A stretch of 52,560 bases of DNA, the filler included, from Jimgerdemannia flammicorona (Eukaryota), in assembly GCA_003990765.1 (NCBI GenBank). It is 2 parts of 2 records of this genome, joined end to end, with 100 filler letters (N's around TTAATTAATTAA, not from the genome) between each part and the next. Parts side by side here need not be neighbours in the genome. Positions count along the whole stretch, not along the records: positions 1 to 26,230 come from RBNJ01000748.1; positions 26,331 to 52,560 come from RBNJ01000749.1. The stretch is one strand, 5' to 3'. The translations under genes were made by a program, and so were the position numbers. Under the pieces are notes generated by a model. The model did not search any database and was not told the DNA's origin. It worked only from the letters and a program-made list of their open reading frames with translations. Positions 24,680 to 36,500 of this stretch are shown here, piece by piece (position 1 is the first letter of the stretch; every line of letters starts with the position of its first letter).

Positions 24680-26180
24680 TCACGCGATGATACCCACGAT
24701 CCGCCGCCACCAACTCATCTTCTCGGGTTCCTCGGGATCAACGGGTACGTCACGATGACGTGTCGCGCCCGTGTCGAAATCGGCCTCGAGCAGAGGTACG
24801 AGGTGGGTTTTCTTGACAAACTTGTAGCCGAAGAAGAGGACAGCGAAGACGACGACGCCGACTGGATAGTAAGTAGGAATGTGGTTTTTCGAATGAGTAC
24901 TTTGGCGTCTTTTATTTCTATTTTTTTTTATTTTTATTTTTGGCGGTTTTAATAACCAGACACAACATCCTCTCGCTACCACGATACCTACTGTAAACAC
25001 CGATGACGCTGACGGCGACGTTGTCGCTCTGCGTAGCGGTCCATCCCTCGCCAGCGAAGATGAAAGTAGCGATGACGATGGCGAAAGTGGGGCCGAAGGG
25101 GTACAAGGCCGCGCGGTACGGTAGGTCTTTGATGTCGCGGCCCTGGGCGCTATACGCCTGACGGAAGCGGATGTGAATAACGGAAATGGACATCCAACTG
25201 AGGAGACCTGAGATGCCGGTTAGATTGATGAGCCAGCTAAGGAAATGAAGGGTGGAGCTGGTAAGGCAAGTGGAAATCGAAGATTGATAGGCTAGATGAT
25301 GAACTTACGTGAACACTTTGCCACCTTTTGTTTATCGCGATGATGCAAAAGAGAAGTGACATACGTATGTTAACATTTAATCCAAAAAAATCTTTCTCCT
25401 TGCAAATTTTTATCAACAACGACCCCTCCGCCATCCCCACACATACCTCCCCACAAAGTCGTTGTGAATGAGATACACGCCACCAACGTCGTCGCGATAA
25501 GACTCCAGAGGGGCACGCCGCGCCGATCGACGTGGGCGAAGATCTTCGGCGCCTTACCCTCCTGGGCCAGCGCCATGAGGGTGCGGCTGGCGGCGTAGAA
25601 ACAGCTGTTGGTCGCGCTGAAGACCGAGGAAAGAATGACTGTGGGAAAAGTAATGTAGAGATATTTGTGAGCGAGGAGAAAAAACGAAGACACGTCTGGG
25701 AACGAGAGTATGTGCGATTTAATCTTACGTACCGGCGTTCATAACGTGGGCGGCCTGCTTGAGATGGGCGATCTAATCATGTGTGTTTTATAAAGCGAAA
25801 TAATGGTCTTCATCAGATATGCGAACATAAAAATAAAATAAAATAAAATAAAAAAAAAATCCCTCAATAATAATAGTAATTAAAGTCCACCTGCAGCACC
25901 AAGGTAAACGGCGCGATGGTGATATCGTTGTTGTTGCTGGCGTTGAGCAAGTTCTCGTTGTTGTACGGAATGACCAGACCGATGACGAGGATGGTGAGGA
26001 TGTAAAAGAGGAAAATACGCCAGAAGGTGTTTTTGACGGCCCTGGAGTATGGAGATAAATTTTCAGAAGTGGTAGGGCCTTTTCTCTCCTCATTCCGTAA
26101 AAATAAAAATCGGGAAAACTATTACTTTGGCACGTTCTTTTCCGGATTCTCGCTCTCCCCGGCAGCAATACCGACGAGTT
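24680..26180 (-). CDS. Amino acid permease (APC superfamily, fungal YAT type), 3' half only; exons 26126-26180, 25891-26041, 25733-25772, 25447-25638, 25309-25324, 24992-25236, 24680-24861
   Basis: The spliced frame is open: ELVGIAAGESENPEKNVPKAVKNTFWRIFLFYILTILVIGLVIPYNNENLL...APFTLVLQ...SATNSCFYAASRTLMALAQEGKAPKIFAHVDRRGVPLWSL...VFTWLINLTGISGLLSWMSISVIHIRFRQAYSAQGRDIKDLPYRA...GYKFVKKTHLVPLLEADFDTG. Canonical splice sites. The 5' exons are lost at the gap. Confidence 0.95.
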
Positions 26181-26230
26181 CTAAGAATCAGGAATTTTAA
26201 AGGGGATTGATGAAAACTACATGAACAAAA

Positions 26231-26330
26231 NNNNNNNNNNNNNNNNNNNNNNNNNNNNNNNNNNNNNNNNNNNNTTAATTAATTAANNNNNNNNNNNNNN
26301 NNNNNNNNNNNNNNNNNNNNNNNNNNNNNN
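26231..26330. other. Artificial contig spacer (N44-TTAATTAATTAA-N44)
   Basis: Exactly 100 bp and symmetric; the central 12-mer gives stops in all six frames; it truncates a gene. Confidence 0.95.
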
Positions 26331-26379
<49 letters not shown>

Positions 26380-26699
26380 TATATAGTCTTTTTGTAATAA
26401 TGTAGTATAATATACTAGCTTAATAGAGACAAATTACAAGATTGAGACTACTATATAAATTGGTTTAAGCTCTTAGTTACTTTGTCAAAAGCAATAAAAT
26501 ATTCTATTTTATATAATATAGGTGATTTAGATATTTTTTTTTATTTTGACAGTTCTTGAGTATAGTACTGATTTAGTAATTTTAGAAGTTTTCTTCTTGA
26601 GTAGTAGACAATCTCTATATAGTATGATGATCTCTAAAAGTATGTGATTTTATAATGATCTCTTATATAGTATAAGTAGTTTCTTTATACAATTTCTGT

Positions 26700-27700
26700 G
26701 AGACAATCTTGGTGAATTTCCTTATTTAGATTTTTGAACAAAATGGCAGATAGTATAGATTCTTCTTAAATTGGCAGATTACTTAGTAGATATAGATTCT
26801 TAAGCAAAGTTATGTCAAAGACTACTTCATTTATATAAACAGATTTACTATAAAGGTGTATCTTATACTAGAGTCCCCTCTAAACTACTATGCCATCCCA
26901 CTCTCTTATCTATATCTGTCTATTCAATCTCTTCTTATAGTATATATTCTGTAGTAAAAAAAAATCAGCCTACAAACTCTGCAGCCAAGCAAAAATATTT
27001 CAATATTCCTCATAGTCCTACAGATCATTCATATTCAATAAGAAAATGATAGTTATATTATTCATAAAAAAATATTATTATGTTGCAATCCTATCTCCTT
27101 TATAGTTCTATACTCATCTTCTCTTGAGTCAAGTCTAGACTATACTTTGCAATTGCTTCCTCCTCCTCAATCTTCTTAGTATTCAATTTAACCAGTATCT
27201 CAGCAATTACCTTATCATTCTTAATCTCTATCTCCTCTTTATACTTCTTATATACTATCTGTCAGAGCTGCAACTTATGCCTCTGTCTCTATTAGAAAGT
27301 AGTATACTCTTTAGCAATTATTGCCAATTCAGCCTCTCTTACCACATCTACCTTATAACCTTTCTCTTTCAAAAAATATAGCCAAAACCTTGGTCTTCAG
27401 CTTCCCTATTACTCTATTACCCCACAACACTCTCTCTTAGTACTTCTTATTAATAATATATAAGTTTACCTCTCTCAGCTCCTTTATAGCTAACTTGTTC
27501 ATCATTGTACTAATTTACTACATATTGCCAATATATTCCCATTAAGAGTTATAGGCCTCCTCTCTATTAGCAGAGCAGCATTAGTACCAATACTAGCAAA
27601 CTTATTCCACTATTCCTCAGGAATATCATATACATAGCTCATTCTCCTTAATATCCAACTATCTGTCCTCTCTTTGCTATATCTGATACTCTAAACTAGA
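26700..27700 (-). mobile_element. Decayed LINE fragment (ORF1 end / APE start)
   Basis: Resembles 17300-18300 and 36900-37700, with heavy C->T change; boundaries approximate. Confidence 0.5.
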
Positions 27701-27719
27701 CTCTAGATATATCTAAGGT

Positions 27720-29240
27720 GAGAATACTGGTATAGAGAGACAAGGAGAAACTATGAGAATAGGAAGACTGTTTGGTATAGAAGAAGTAGTAAAGGCCAGA
27801 GTGAGATCCAGTAATAATAGGCTCTTGTTATTACTCAGCAGTTAGGAGTGACTGAGTAGAGTAGCTGGGTGGACTTCATAAGTATGGAATGCTTGCTGAA
27901 ACTGATGTAGATATATTAGATAGAGACTTTAATATAGTGCAGAATGTACTATTAGACAGGACTGATGAAGTGAGGTATACAGTAGGCTATAGTAGCAGTT
28001 TGGATATTTGGTAGGAAGTAGAATATCTAAGTTTATTGGTTGATACTGATAGGATGGTGTGAGGTGATCAGAAGGTTTATACTTATTGGGTAAATAGACT
28101 TAAGAGAATATATTGCCTTAGAACTTGGTGATTGAAGAGAGCTGTTAAGTTATAGAGCAGAGAGTGGGTACCATTAATATAGAAGGTCTGGGAGATAAGG
28201 TTCTTCCCTAGAGATTCTTTGGGAGATTTATTGGTGATAGTTAAACTGAGAAATAATAGGTACTTATAGAACAGAAGATTCTAGTAAGGGGTGGTAGAGA
28301 GAGCTTACTATATTGGTTTCTATTAATATAGTAATAAGAGAGAGATACAATAGAGACCTATAATATAGAGGTGAGATAGGCTTCTGTTGATAGTTTACTT
28401 CTGGTAGACTTTGATATTAGTGTTGGCATATAGAGTATCAATGGAGGGTAGGACAGGATCTGTGGCCAATTGGCTGATAGTCAGTAGGTATTAGTGAGAT
28501 ATAGAACTGGGCTAGAGTCTGGTCTTGGAGTGCTATAGTGTGATATAGACTTTCTCCAAAGTTCTGGATAGTGTGGTGATATATCTTGAGGAGAAACATT
28601 ATATTGAACTTTCAATCTGAATACTTGGTAAAAGGTAGAGTTTTCAAGTATGAGGAGTATTATAATATAGGACAGAAGAAGGAGATTATACAGATACCTG
28701 AATATTGACTATATGAGTATAAGATACTTAGAGACTTTTGAGCAATAGTGAGAAGTTACTTAGGGGTGAAAAGGCAAAATAGTGGAAAGAGAGAAAGATG
28801 AGATAACTTGAGAGAGTAGTTGGTGGGATATATTGGTAATAAGTGGCTCACTATTGAGTAGACATTGATAGTATAGATGAGGTTGACTGGATACTGACTA
28901 TATGTATTTGAAGATAGAAAATAGATGGTTTTGGGGGAAAAGATAGCAAGGTAAAAGAGATTGATAGTGGATGTTCTGTCAAACTGGTAGAAGGGGTGAG
29001 GCTCTCAAGGAGGTTGCTAGTGAAGTCTGGTAGAAGGGATATATGAGAGGAGTAGTGGGCAGATTGAGGTAATTAATGATCTAGTTATTTTTAAGAGAGT
29101 GGAAGGAGAGGAAAGAGAGTGGGTTAAGGTAGGGTAGAGTAGAGTGGGGTTGGGTTGGGGCTACTGGTGTAGTATGAATACTATATATTAGTATAAATTA
29201 GTTAATAAAGAGGTCTAGTGCTCAAATGAAAAAAAAAAAA
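27720..29240 (+). mobile_element. Internally deleted LINE copy with poly(A) tail
   Basis: APE segment (ataggctcttgttattactca, gactttaatatagtgcag) joined near 28100 to the ORF2 C-terminal part (cf. 51600-52560); A-tail at ~29229-29240. Confidence 0.7.
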
Positions 29241-30600
29241 CCTCTTAATTAAAACTCTGCAAGAACTCCTTTAAGTATATAGAAAATAAAAAGAAGAGAA
29301 ACCAGCTAAGGAGTGGAAGAAAGAGAGAAATGAAATCCAAGACCTCAACTTTAAGTTAGACCAATTGGTCAGGCAAATTAAAAAACTCACCACTTATAAA
29401 ATTCAGAGCTACTCACAGGATAACAGAGAATACATACTATAAAGGAACTAAGACTACTCACCCAGAGCCAATAGAAACCATCAGCTACAAGAAGAAAGAA
29501 GATACTCAGTCTGATACAGAGCCTAAGTCCAATGCTTTTACTATAGATAGTTTGGATACTATACTACTGAGTATGATAATAGAAGAAGTGACTGAAGAAA
29601 CTCAGAACAACCAAATTAATATAACTAAGTACAAGAAGACTAAAGCTCACTCTGTTGAAGACTTTGAAGAAGAAAGCAACAGTAAAGACTATAGTAATCT
29701 AAATCTATACCCAATCAAGGTCATTATTAAGAAAACTGTCTACTCAGCTGAGAAAAGAAAGAGATCAGTAAGAAGACCATCCAGAAATACCAGCAGAAGA
29801 ATTATTCAAGTGAAGATGAAGAAAATAAAGAGGAGCAAGTTGAGACACCTTTTAGGTCCTCCTCATCTTTTATCTCTAAAACAAATAAACTACTACCAGA
29901 GAATGAAGAAATAAAGCAAGAAGAATAAGAGTCTATTATTCTAAGCTCAAGAAGAAGTATATCCCAAAGACCATACCCAGAGATATCCATAGAAGTCTGA
30001 CAAAAGATTCAAGAAGCCAAGATGAAAGTCTCTCTCTTATAGTTCTTACAACTGATATCTACTAGGATTTGAAACAAACTATTGAGAACTACTAGATCCA
30101 GCATTGGTAGAATCTCAATCTCATAATAAGAATTACCACCAACTACTATTCATACTGCAGAAAGATATATCAGCATATATCTATATAGAGGTATTGGAGG
30201 ACAGAAGGTGAAAATCCTCATTGATACAGGAGTAGCTATCTGTATCATTGTCAAACAATTCCTAGATACCCTCCAGTGGCCCATTTATGGACCATCTAAC
30301 CTCAGCATTATAGTAGCAGATGGAGACTGAACTCAACCTCTTGGAGAAGTATATAACATCACTATCTCTCTTGGACACATTCAGTTTTCTATTCTAAAAG
30401 CTATTGTCACTAAAGTAATTATCTATAACATTATTCTTTATACCAACTAGATGAAGGAAATAAATAAGATTATTGATATTGGTAAACAGGTGCTCAAATT
30501 CGACTATAGAGAAAAGAAGTACAGAATCAAGATGACTAGCTATAAGTAATTAAAGAAAAAAAAGAAGGTCATTATTTAGAAAGAGTATGTTAGTAGTGAA

Positions 30601-30747
30601 TAGTACTTCCAAATAAATCAAATCAATTCAAATCAAATTGAATTGAGGGTTATTTGAATTAAATTGAATTGAATTGAATCTTTAATTTGAGTGAATTGAA
30701 TTGAATTTAAATCAAATTTGATTTAATTTAATTTATTGGAAGTACTA
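30601..30747. mobile_element. Minimal hAT MITE, 147 bp
   Basis: TIRs tagtacttccaa / ttggaagtacta; TSD gtagtgaa (30593-30600) / atagtaaa (30748-30755; two G->A); only subterminal repeats inside. Confidence 0.85.
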
Positions 30748-31879
30748 ATAGTAAAGAATCTACTATAGAGAAAGAAGAAGAATTGAAAGATAGAAATGAT
30801 CCCAGACTTAATTCATAAATAAACCTAGTAGATAATATACCAGAAGATAATATATAGACCAAAGATACTATTTTTATCATAATTAGAGCTATTGCAGAAT
30901 AAGTCAGAGAATATCTCACCTATCTCTAAAGATATCTAAAACTAAAGCTGCAGAAGTATAAGCAATCTAGGGTCAAGAAATATCTGATAAAGAAACTCTT
31001 AAATAAGAAGTTTCCAAACAGAAGAAACTCTCTGAACTTATATTCTTAGATGACTCCCACTAAATATTACTAGAAGATAATAACTCCTGGGATACTAAAG
31101 TAGAACTAAGTATAGTTACCAATGCTCTAAGATAAGAAATATACCAGAAAGAGTCTTTTATCTAAAAAGATACTAGTTCAAAAGGTCTTCTACTCACTCC
31201 AAGATTACTGCACTTATTGGATCTACAAGAAAGATAGAGATGCTGTAAATCAGGATCTCTAATCACCATTATACAGATAATTACCTTTTAAGAAATTACT
31301 ATAATGTTGAAAAAATAAGCCAATGAATAAGATTACTTTATCTGAACAGAAGTACAGCCCTTAGCCACCCTTCTCCCAACCTATAATAAGAGAAGATACT
31401 GATTTCAAAAGTAGTAAGAAGTCAATAATTGAGAACTACATTTTAAGTAATTGGATATTACAAATATAGAAAACACTCAGATTACTAAAACTGTCTATAT
31501 CTGAAGATTTACTTCAGCCAAGATATTACTATAATATATTGAAGAAAGAAGATAACAGAGCTCAGATCTAAAGAAGTCAGGTCAGAAAACTAAAGAAAAA
31601 GACTCTTAAGATCTATGATCTAGGAAATGATATCCTAGTTCTCATCAGATATAAAATCTATCAAAGATAGGTAGAAGATATCATCAACTTCATAGAAGCC
31701 CTAGATCCTATGGGAAAAAGAGGAATTAATTATCTCTGAGACTCCTTTACTAGAGCCAGAGAGTTGCATCTCAATCTTAAACTCTGGAAACTCATCTATC
31801 TTAGACCCTAGAGACTTATATCTATAGAGCCTCAGCTCAAGAACAACCCAAACTTAGTGAAGATATTGCCCAGTATATC

Positions 31880-32273
31880 TTGCTATATCCTAAGGCTAAA
31901 CTTCCAATAAAACTCATCAGAAAGATATGGAATATGATCTTTATAACCTTAGAGACAAATCTATTAAACCTGGAAGAATAATAGAGCTTAGTACTGAACT
32001 GGCTATATAGCTATCCAAAGAAACTTATATCTAACTGATCTTAAGGTCTGAACTTGTTAAACAAGAAATAACTATAAAAGGAGAAATAATAAACCCTAGA
32101 TATATAGGTAAAATTAAGGTCATTTTGAACAATAGTGGTATAAAATGAAACTGAATCTATTAAGAGCAAAAGATTATTCAAGCAATCTTCATAAAGATCA
32201 AGACTCCCAACTATAAGAGGTTACTAAACTGACTCAAGGTATAAGACAAACTAAAGGATTTGAAAGCTCAGAT
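31880..32273 (+). pseudogene. dut: dUTPase domain of element A (degenerate)
   Basis: YDLY (motif I), LRSEL (II), GEIINPRYIGKIKVIL (III), KIIQAIF (IV), RQTKGFESSD (V). Many departures from consensus are G->A type. Confidence 0.75.
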
Positions 32274-32978
32274 AAGAAAGAAGTGTATCTCCTCCAGATC
32301 AACTACTTCAAAAAGAATGCTTCTCAATAAATATACTGTCAACTAGTAAAACTATATAAGAACCTCATCCTAGAACTAGAAGAGCAGATCATTTTCAAAA
32401 TCTTCACACTATCTGATTTTAGAAATCTCTTCTTTGAATCTAATGAGGATATCAAGAACCTAGATATAGAAGATATTATCATGTAGTAGTCACTGAGTCC
32501 ATCAAATATATCAGATTCTCTTCAAGGTATATCTCTTAGACTAACTCAAGTTTGTTATAAGCAAGTTCTTATTGGAGTACCTTCCTAAGGTCTTATAGTT
32601 CTCAAACTTCTTATCTTTTAAACTGTCTTGTTATCTCTTTAGATTGCTTGTAAGGAATTGTGTATATTGTACTAAGAGGAACTGACTTTATTTCAAAGGA
32701 AATAAGAGAGGTATTTATACAAAATATAATTCAATAGTTGCTAAGATATAAGGCTAAATATAAATTCCAATAACCAAATAAAATGCTGGAATATAGAAAA
32801 CTACCAAGTTTCAGTGTCAGCACAGATAGTTGTATAGATTCAGGATGTTGGTATAATTTCAGTAATATAGGAAAAGGGTGCTGGAATAATTCTGAGTTAC
32901 ACAAGATCAGAATGTCAGTGGAGGAATAGCTGTTATATAGAAAAAGAATGCTGGCATAATTCAGTATAACTAAGGGAC

Positions 32979-33492
32979 TTAGAGCAGAATGTTCAGAACC
33001 ATGAGTACTTTATCTTCATCAGAGATCAGAATGTCTTCAAAGAAGATGAGATCAGTTTCATCACATATTTCACATATATTACATGGGATGACATCATTGC
33101 CAATAATGTCATCACATTTGGCAGTGGCAGGGAGAGTGAGGAGATCTGGGGCTCTCCAGTCTATGAGGTTCTCTTCCATGAAATAAGGAACAAATATGAG
33201 GTCTTGGAGAGATCTAATCTAGATGCTGGGGCCTTGGAATGCAGAGATCAATTCTTGTAGGAATTGATCTGGGTTGTCCTGGAAGATGGAATACCAGAAC
33301 TCTTCTACCTTATTACTATCAAGAGTGATAGTGGACTGGGCTTCTGTTGTCACTCTGGCTTCTAGTACATTGATATAGCAGACTGATAGATCTCTAAAGT
33401 CTGTGACTCTAGTATACTCCAAGTTGGGGATTGACTATGATATATGTCTGAAGATCTGATGAATCTTCTTAGCTGTCCTTGTTTTACATATA

Positions 33493-33574
<82 letters not shown>

Positions 33575-36500
33575 TCATGTGGACTGTCCTTTATTACTGC
33601 TATCTATAATAATAATAATACAATATCACCCCATCCCCTCACCCAATACTCCTTGGACTCATTCCTTCCCCCTCAATGCCCCTCTGCTGGAGGACAACCC
33701 AGTCCCCCACCACCCCAATCCTTCCGCTACTTTTCTAGGAGATATACTATACTAAACCTCTGCACCTCCCCCCACCCAGTCCCCACCCTTGCCACCAGCC
33801 ATTCAAAATGTCTAGTAATAACCATTCCCAATGTACTACCTTATCCCCAACCCCAACCTGCTGGCCCTCCTCAAATATATGAACCCAATGTCCAGCCATC
33901 CCAATCCATATGGCCAGAGCCCAGTCAAGAGTCAGCCATTCATCTCCAACCCCACTGACCAGCCTTCAGTGAAGCTCTCCCCATCTCTCCCCTTCCCCTT
34001 CCTCCAGTGCCTGCAGCCCTAACTGGTCCATGATATATCCCCAAAACACCCCCAAAACATTGCACTCACCAAGCCAATGTTCAGGTATTTGTACCACTCT
34101 GCCCTCCTGACCAACATTAAAACATTCCTCACACTCAAATGTACCACCATCTACCAAGTGCCCTGACTGAAATTTCAGTATCACATTCCACCTTAGAACT
34201 CGCCACCACACCACCCAGAACTTGGGGGGCAGCCATTGCATCACCTGTCTGCTCTAAAGCCAGAGCCCATTCCAGTCCCACTCCTCACCAATCCCTACCC
34301 TCTGCCAGGCTTCAGGCCAAAGGTTGCCACCCAAGCCCTGCAGACACTCTATACCCTCACCAAGCTGGAAGTCCTCCACCAAAACACCACCCATCAGAAG
34401 TCTGTCCCACTGCTATATCTGCAGTCCCCAGTCCTCCTCTCCTTCATCACCTTGCTACCAAAGTCCAATTCTCTTAGTGCTATCTACCACCCCCTACTAA
34501 AAGCCTTTATACCGCATCCTCCTGCTCCCATCTATGGCCACCATCACAAGCAGGTCACCATGAGGGGAATACTGGACCTCCTACACCCTCTGCCTGAGTG
34601 GCACCCACTCTCAGTCCCTCAGCTCACTCACCCTCCTCAGCCACCAGGTCCTCAAGCAATGAAGCCATTTGGTAAAGTCCACCAAACCCAGCCCATCTCT
34701 TTCCACTAGGAGTGTAAGCACTTCCCAACCTATCTGACTTTGCCACTCTCCCTAGATCTATAATCTCACCATCTTCAATAGCCCCCTGACCACCCAAGCC
34801 AGAAAGTCCAGATGATACCCCACATACTACAGCTTTGGCAGCCAATATACATTTAGCATCATCACTCTTCCTGCTAAGGATATATGTCAACCACCCCATT
34901 ACAGGAGCACTTTTCCCCCACTCCAGAAGCTGACAGTCCCACCATACACAGGAGAGAAGTGACCCAAATACCAAGAAGTAGATCTCCAAGTAATGAACTA
35001 GCTTGCTAGCTGGTACCATGGTCCCAATTACGTCACCACCCACAATTCTACTGCCAAGCACCAGAGTCTCACATTTGTGCCAATTGAGTTTAGCACCAGA
35101 TCCCCTCTATTACTATTCAACAGACTGTCGTAATTTCCCCACATCTACCAATGAGCCCAGGCCAACCACCATGTCATCTGCAAAGGCCCCCACCTTCCAA
35201 TTAATCTCTAAAATGTCCAAACCCCCAATTCGACACCAAATCCTATCCAGCAGAGGCTCCAGAGAGAGGGTATATAAGATGGGTGACAATGGGTCACCTT
35301 GTAGACCCCATGACCAAGAGAAAAGGCCACACCCCTGTGGCCATTGACCACTAATACCACCTGACTGTCCTCCAAGAGGCTGATCAATGATCCACAGAAC
35401 TCTGGGGGAATACCAATCCTTTTCAACACTCCCTCTAACCAGATCCTCCTCACTCTATCATATACCTTCTTCTGATCCAAAAACACCAATCTGCCATCTA
35501 CTCCTGCAGTCCAGGCCCCTTCAATCACACCATGTACCCAAGCCATCTCATCATAGATCAACCTGCCACCGACAAATCCTTGTTGCTCCACACCAAGCAC
35601 TTGCTGAGCAATTCTCTGCAGCCTCATCACCAATATCTTTATCACCAGTTTGTAGTCCATGTCAAGTAGCATGATTGGCCACCAGTTCTTCCAATTTTCC
35701 TGTCTCCTCTTATCTTTATAGAGCAAGAAGACCAGCCCTAGGCACTGGTCCCCAATCCAAGTTCCAGACTGAAGAACCTCACCACACATATATATCTGTC
35801 ATTTTCTCCAGTATCTTGCCCACTCCAGCCATCTTCTTCCAAAAATCCCAGGGTAGTCCATCCTCCTCTAAAGCCATCCCCTTACTTGTTATAGCCAAAA
35901 TCTTGTAAATTTCCTCTCTCCTCACTGGATCCCCCAGAGTCCCCAAGCCCATTGCAGGGTCTGGATGCCACCCTCCAGCTGCCTCTCAATGTTCAAAGCA
36001 TCCTCCCCCTCTTCCTCCTTGCTCCACAGATCCTCTCAATGGGTCCACAGCAATCTCAGAATTGCCAGAGTCCCCACCACCATCTCTCCATCTACATCCA
36101 GGACCCCATCTCACTGCTGCTTCATTCTCCATACTTATAACATCCGCAATAAAAACCAAGTAGGTCTCTCTCCCTCCTCAAGCCCCTGCCACCTCAGCCA
36201 TACCACCATCCCCTTTAGCCTAACCTCTTCCTCCCTTTATAATACTTCCTTAAGCGCCTCAACTTCTTTCTGGATCCTCACAATATGCCAGTTGGTCACC
36301 TTCCAGTCTTCTAGCACCCCTACCCATCTCCCCATGAGCACTGCCAATTGCTGTGAGGCCTATAGCACCCTCTGCTGCTGTTGGGCACACCTTCCTTTCC
36401 CTGCTTCCCTCCAGTACTCCTGAGCACTTGCTTTCAGCCTCCTCCAGCAGTCTCCAATTATCAGGCCCTGGTCCCACCACCTCCCAATATTCCCAATAAC

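Larger units (their letters stand above)
29250..32476 (+). mobile_element. Degenerate Gypsy-type LTR retrotransposon A (gag end, protease, dUTPase, start of RT region), cut by insertion of element B
   Basis: Aspartic protease motif KVKILIDTGVAICII at ~30205-30250 followed by IVADG; dUTPase at 31880-32273; homology stops at the LTR beginning at 32477. Confidence 0.75.
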
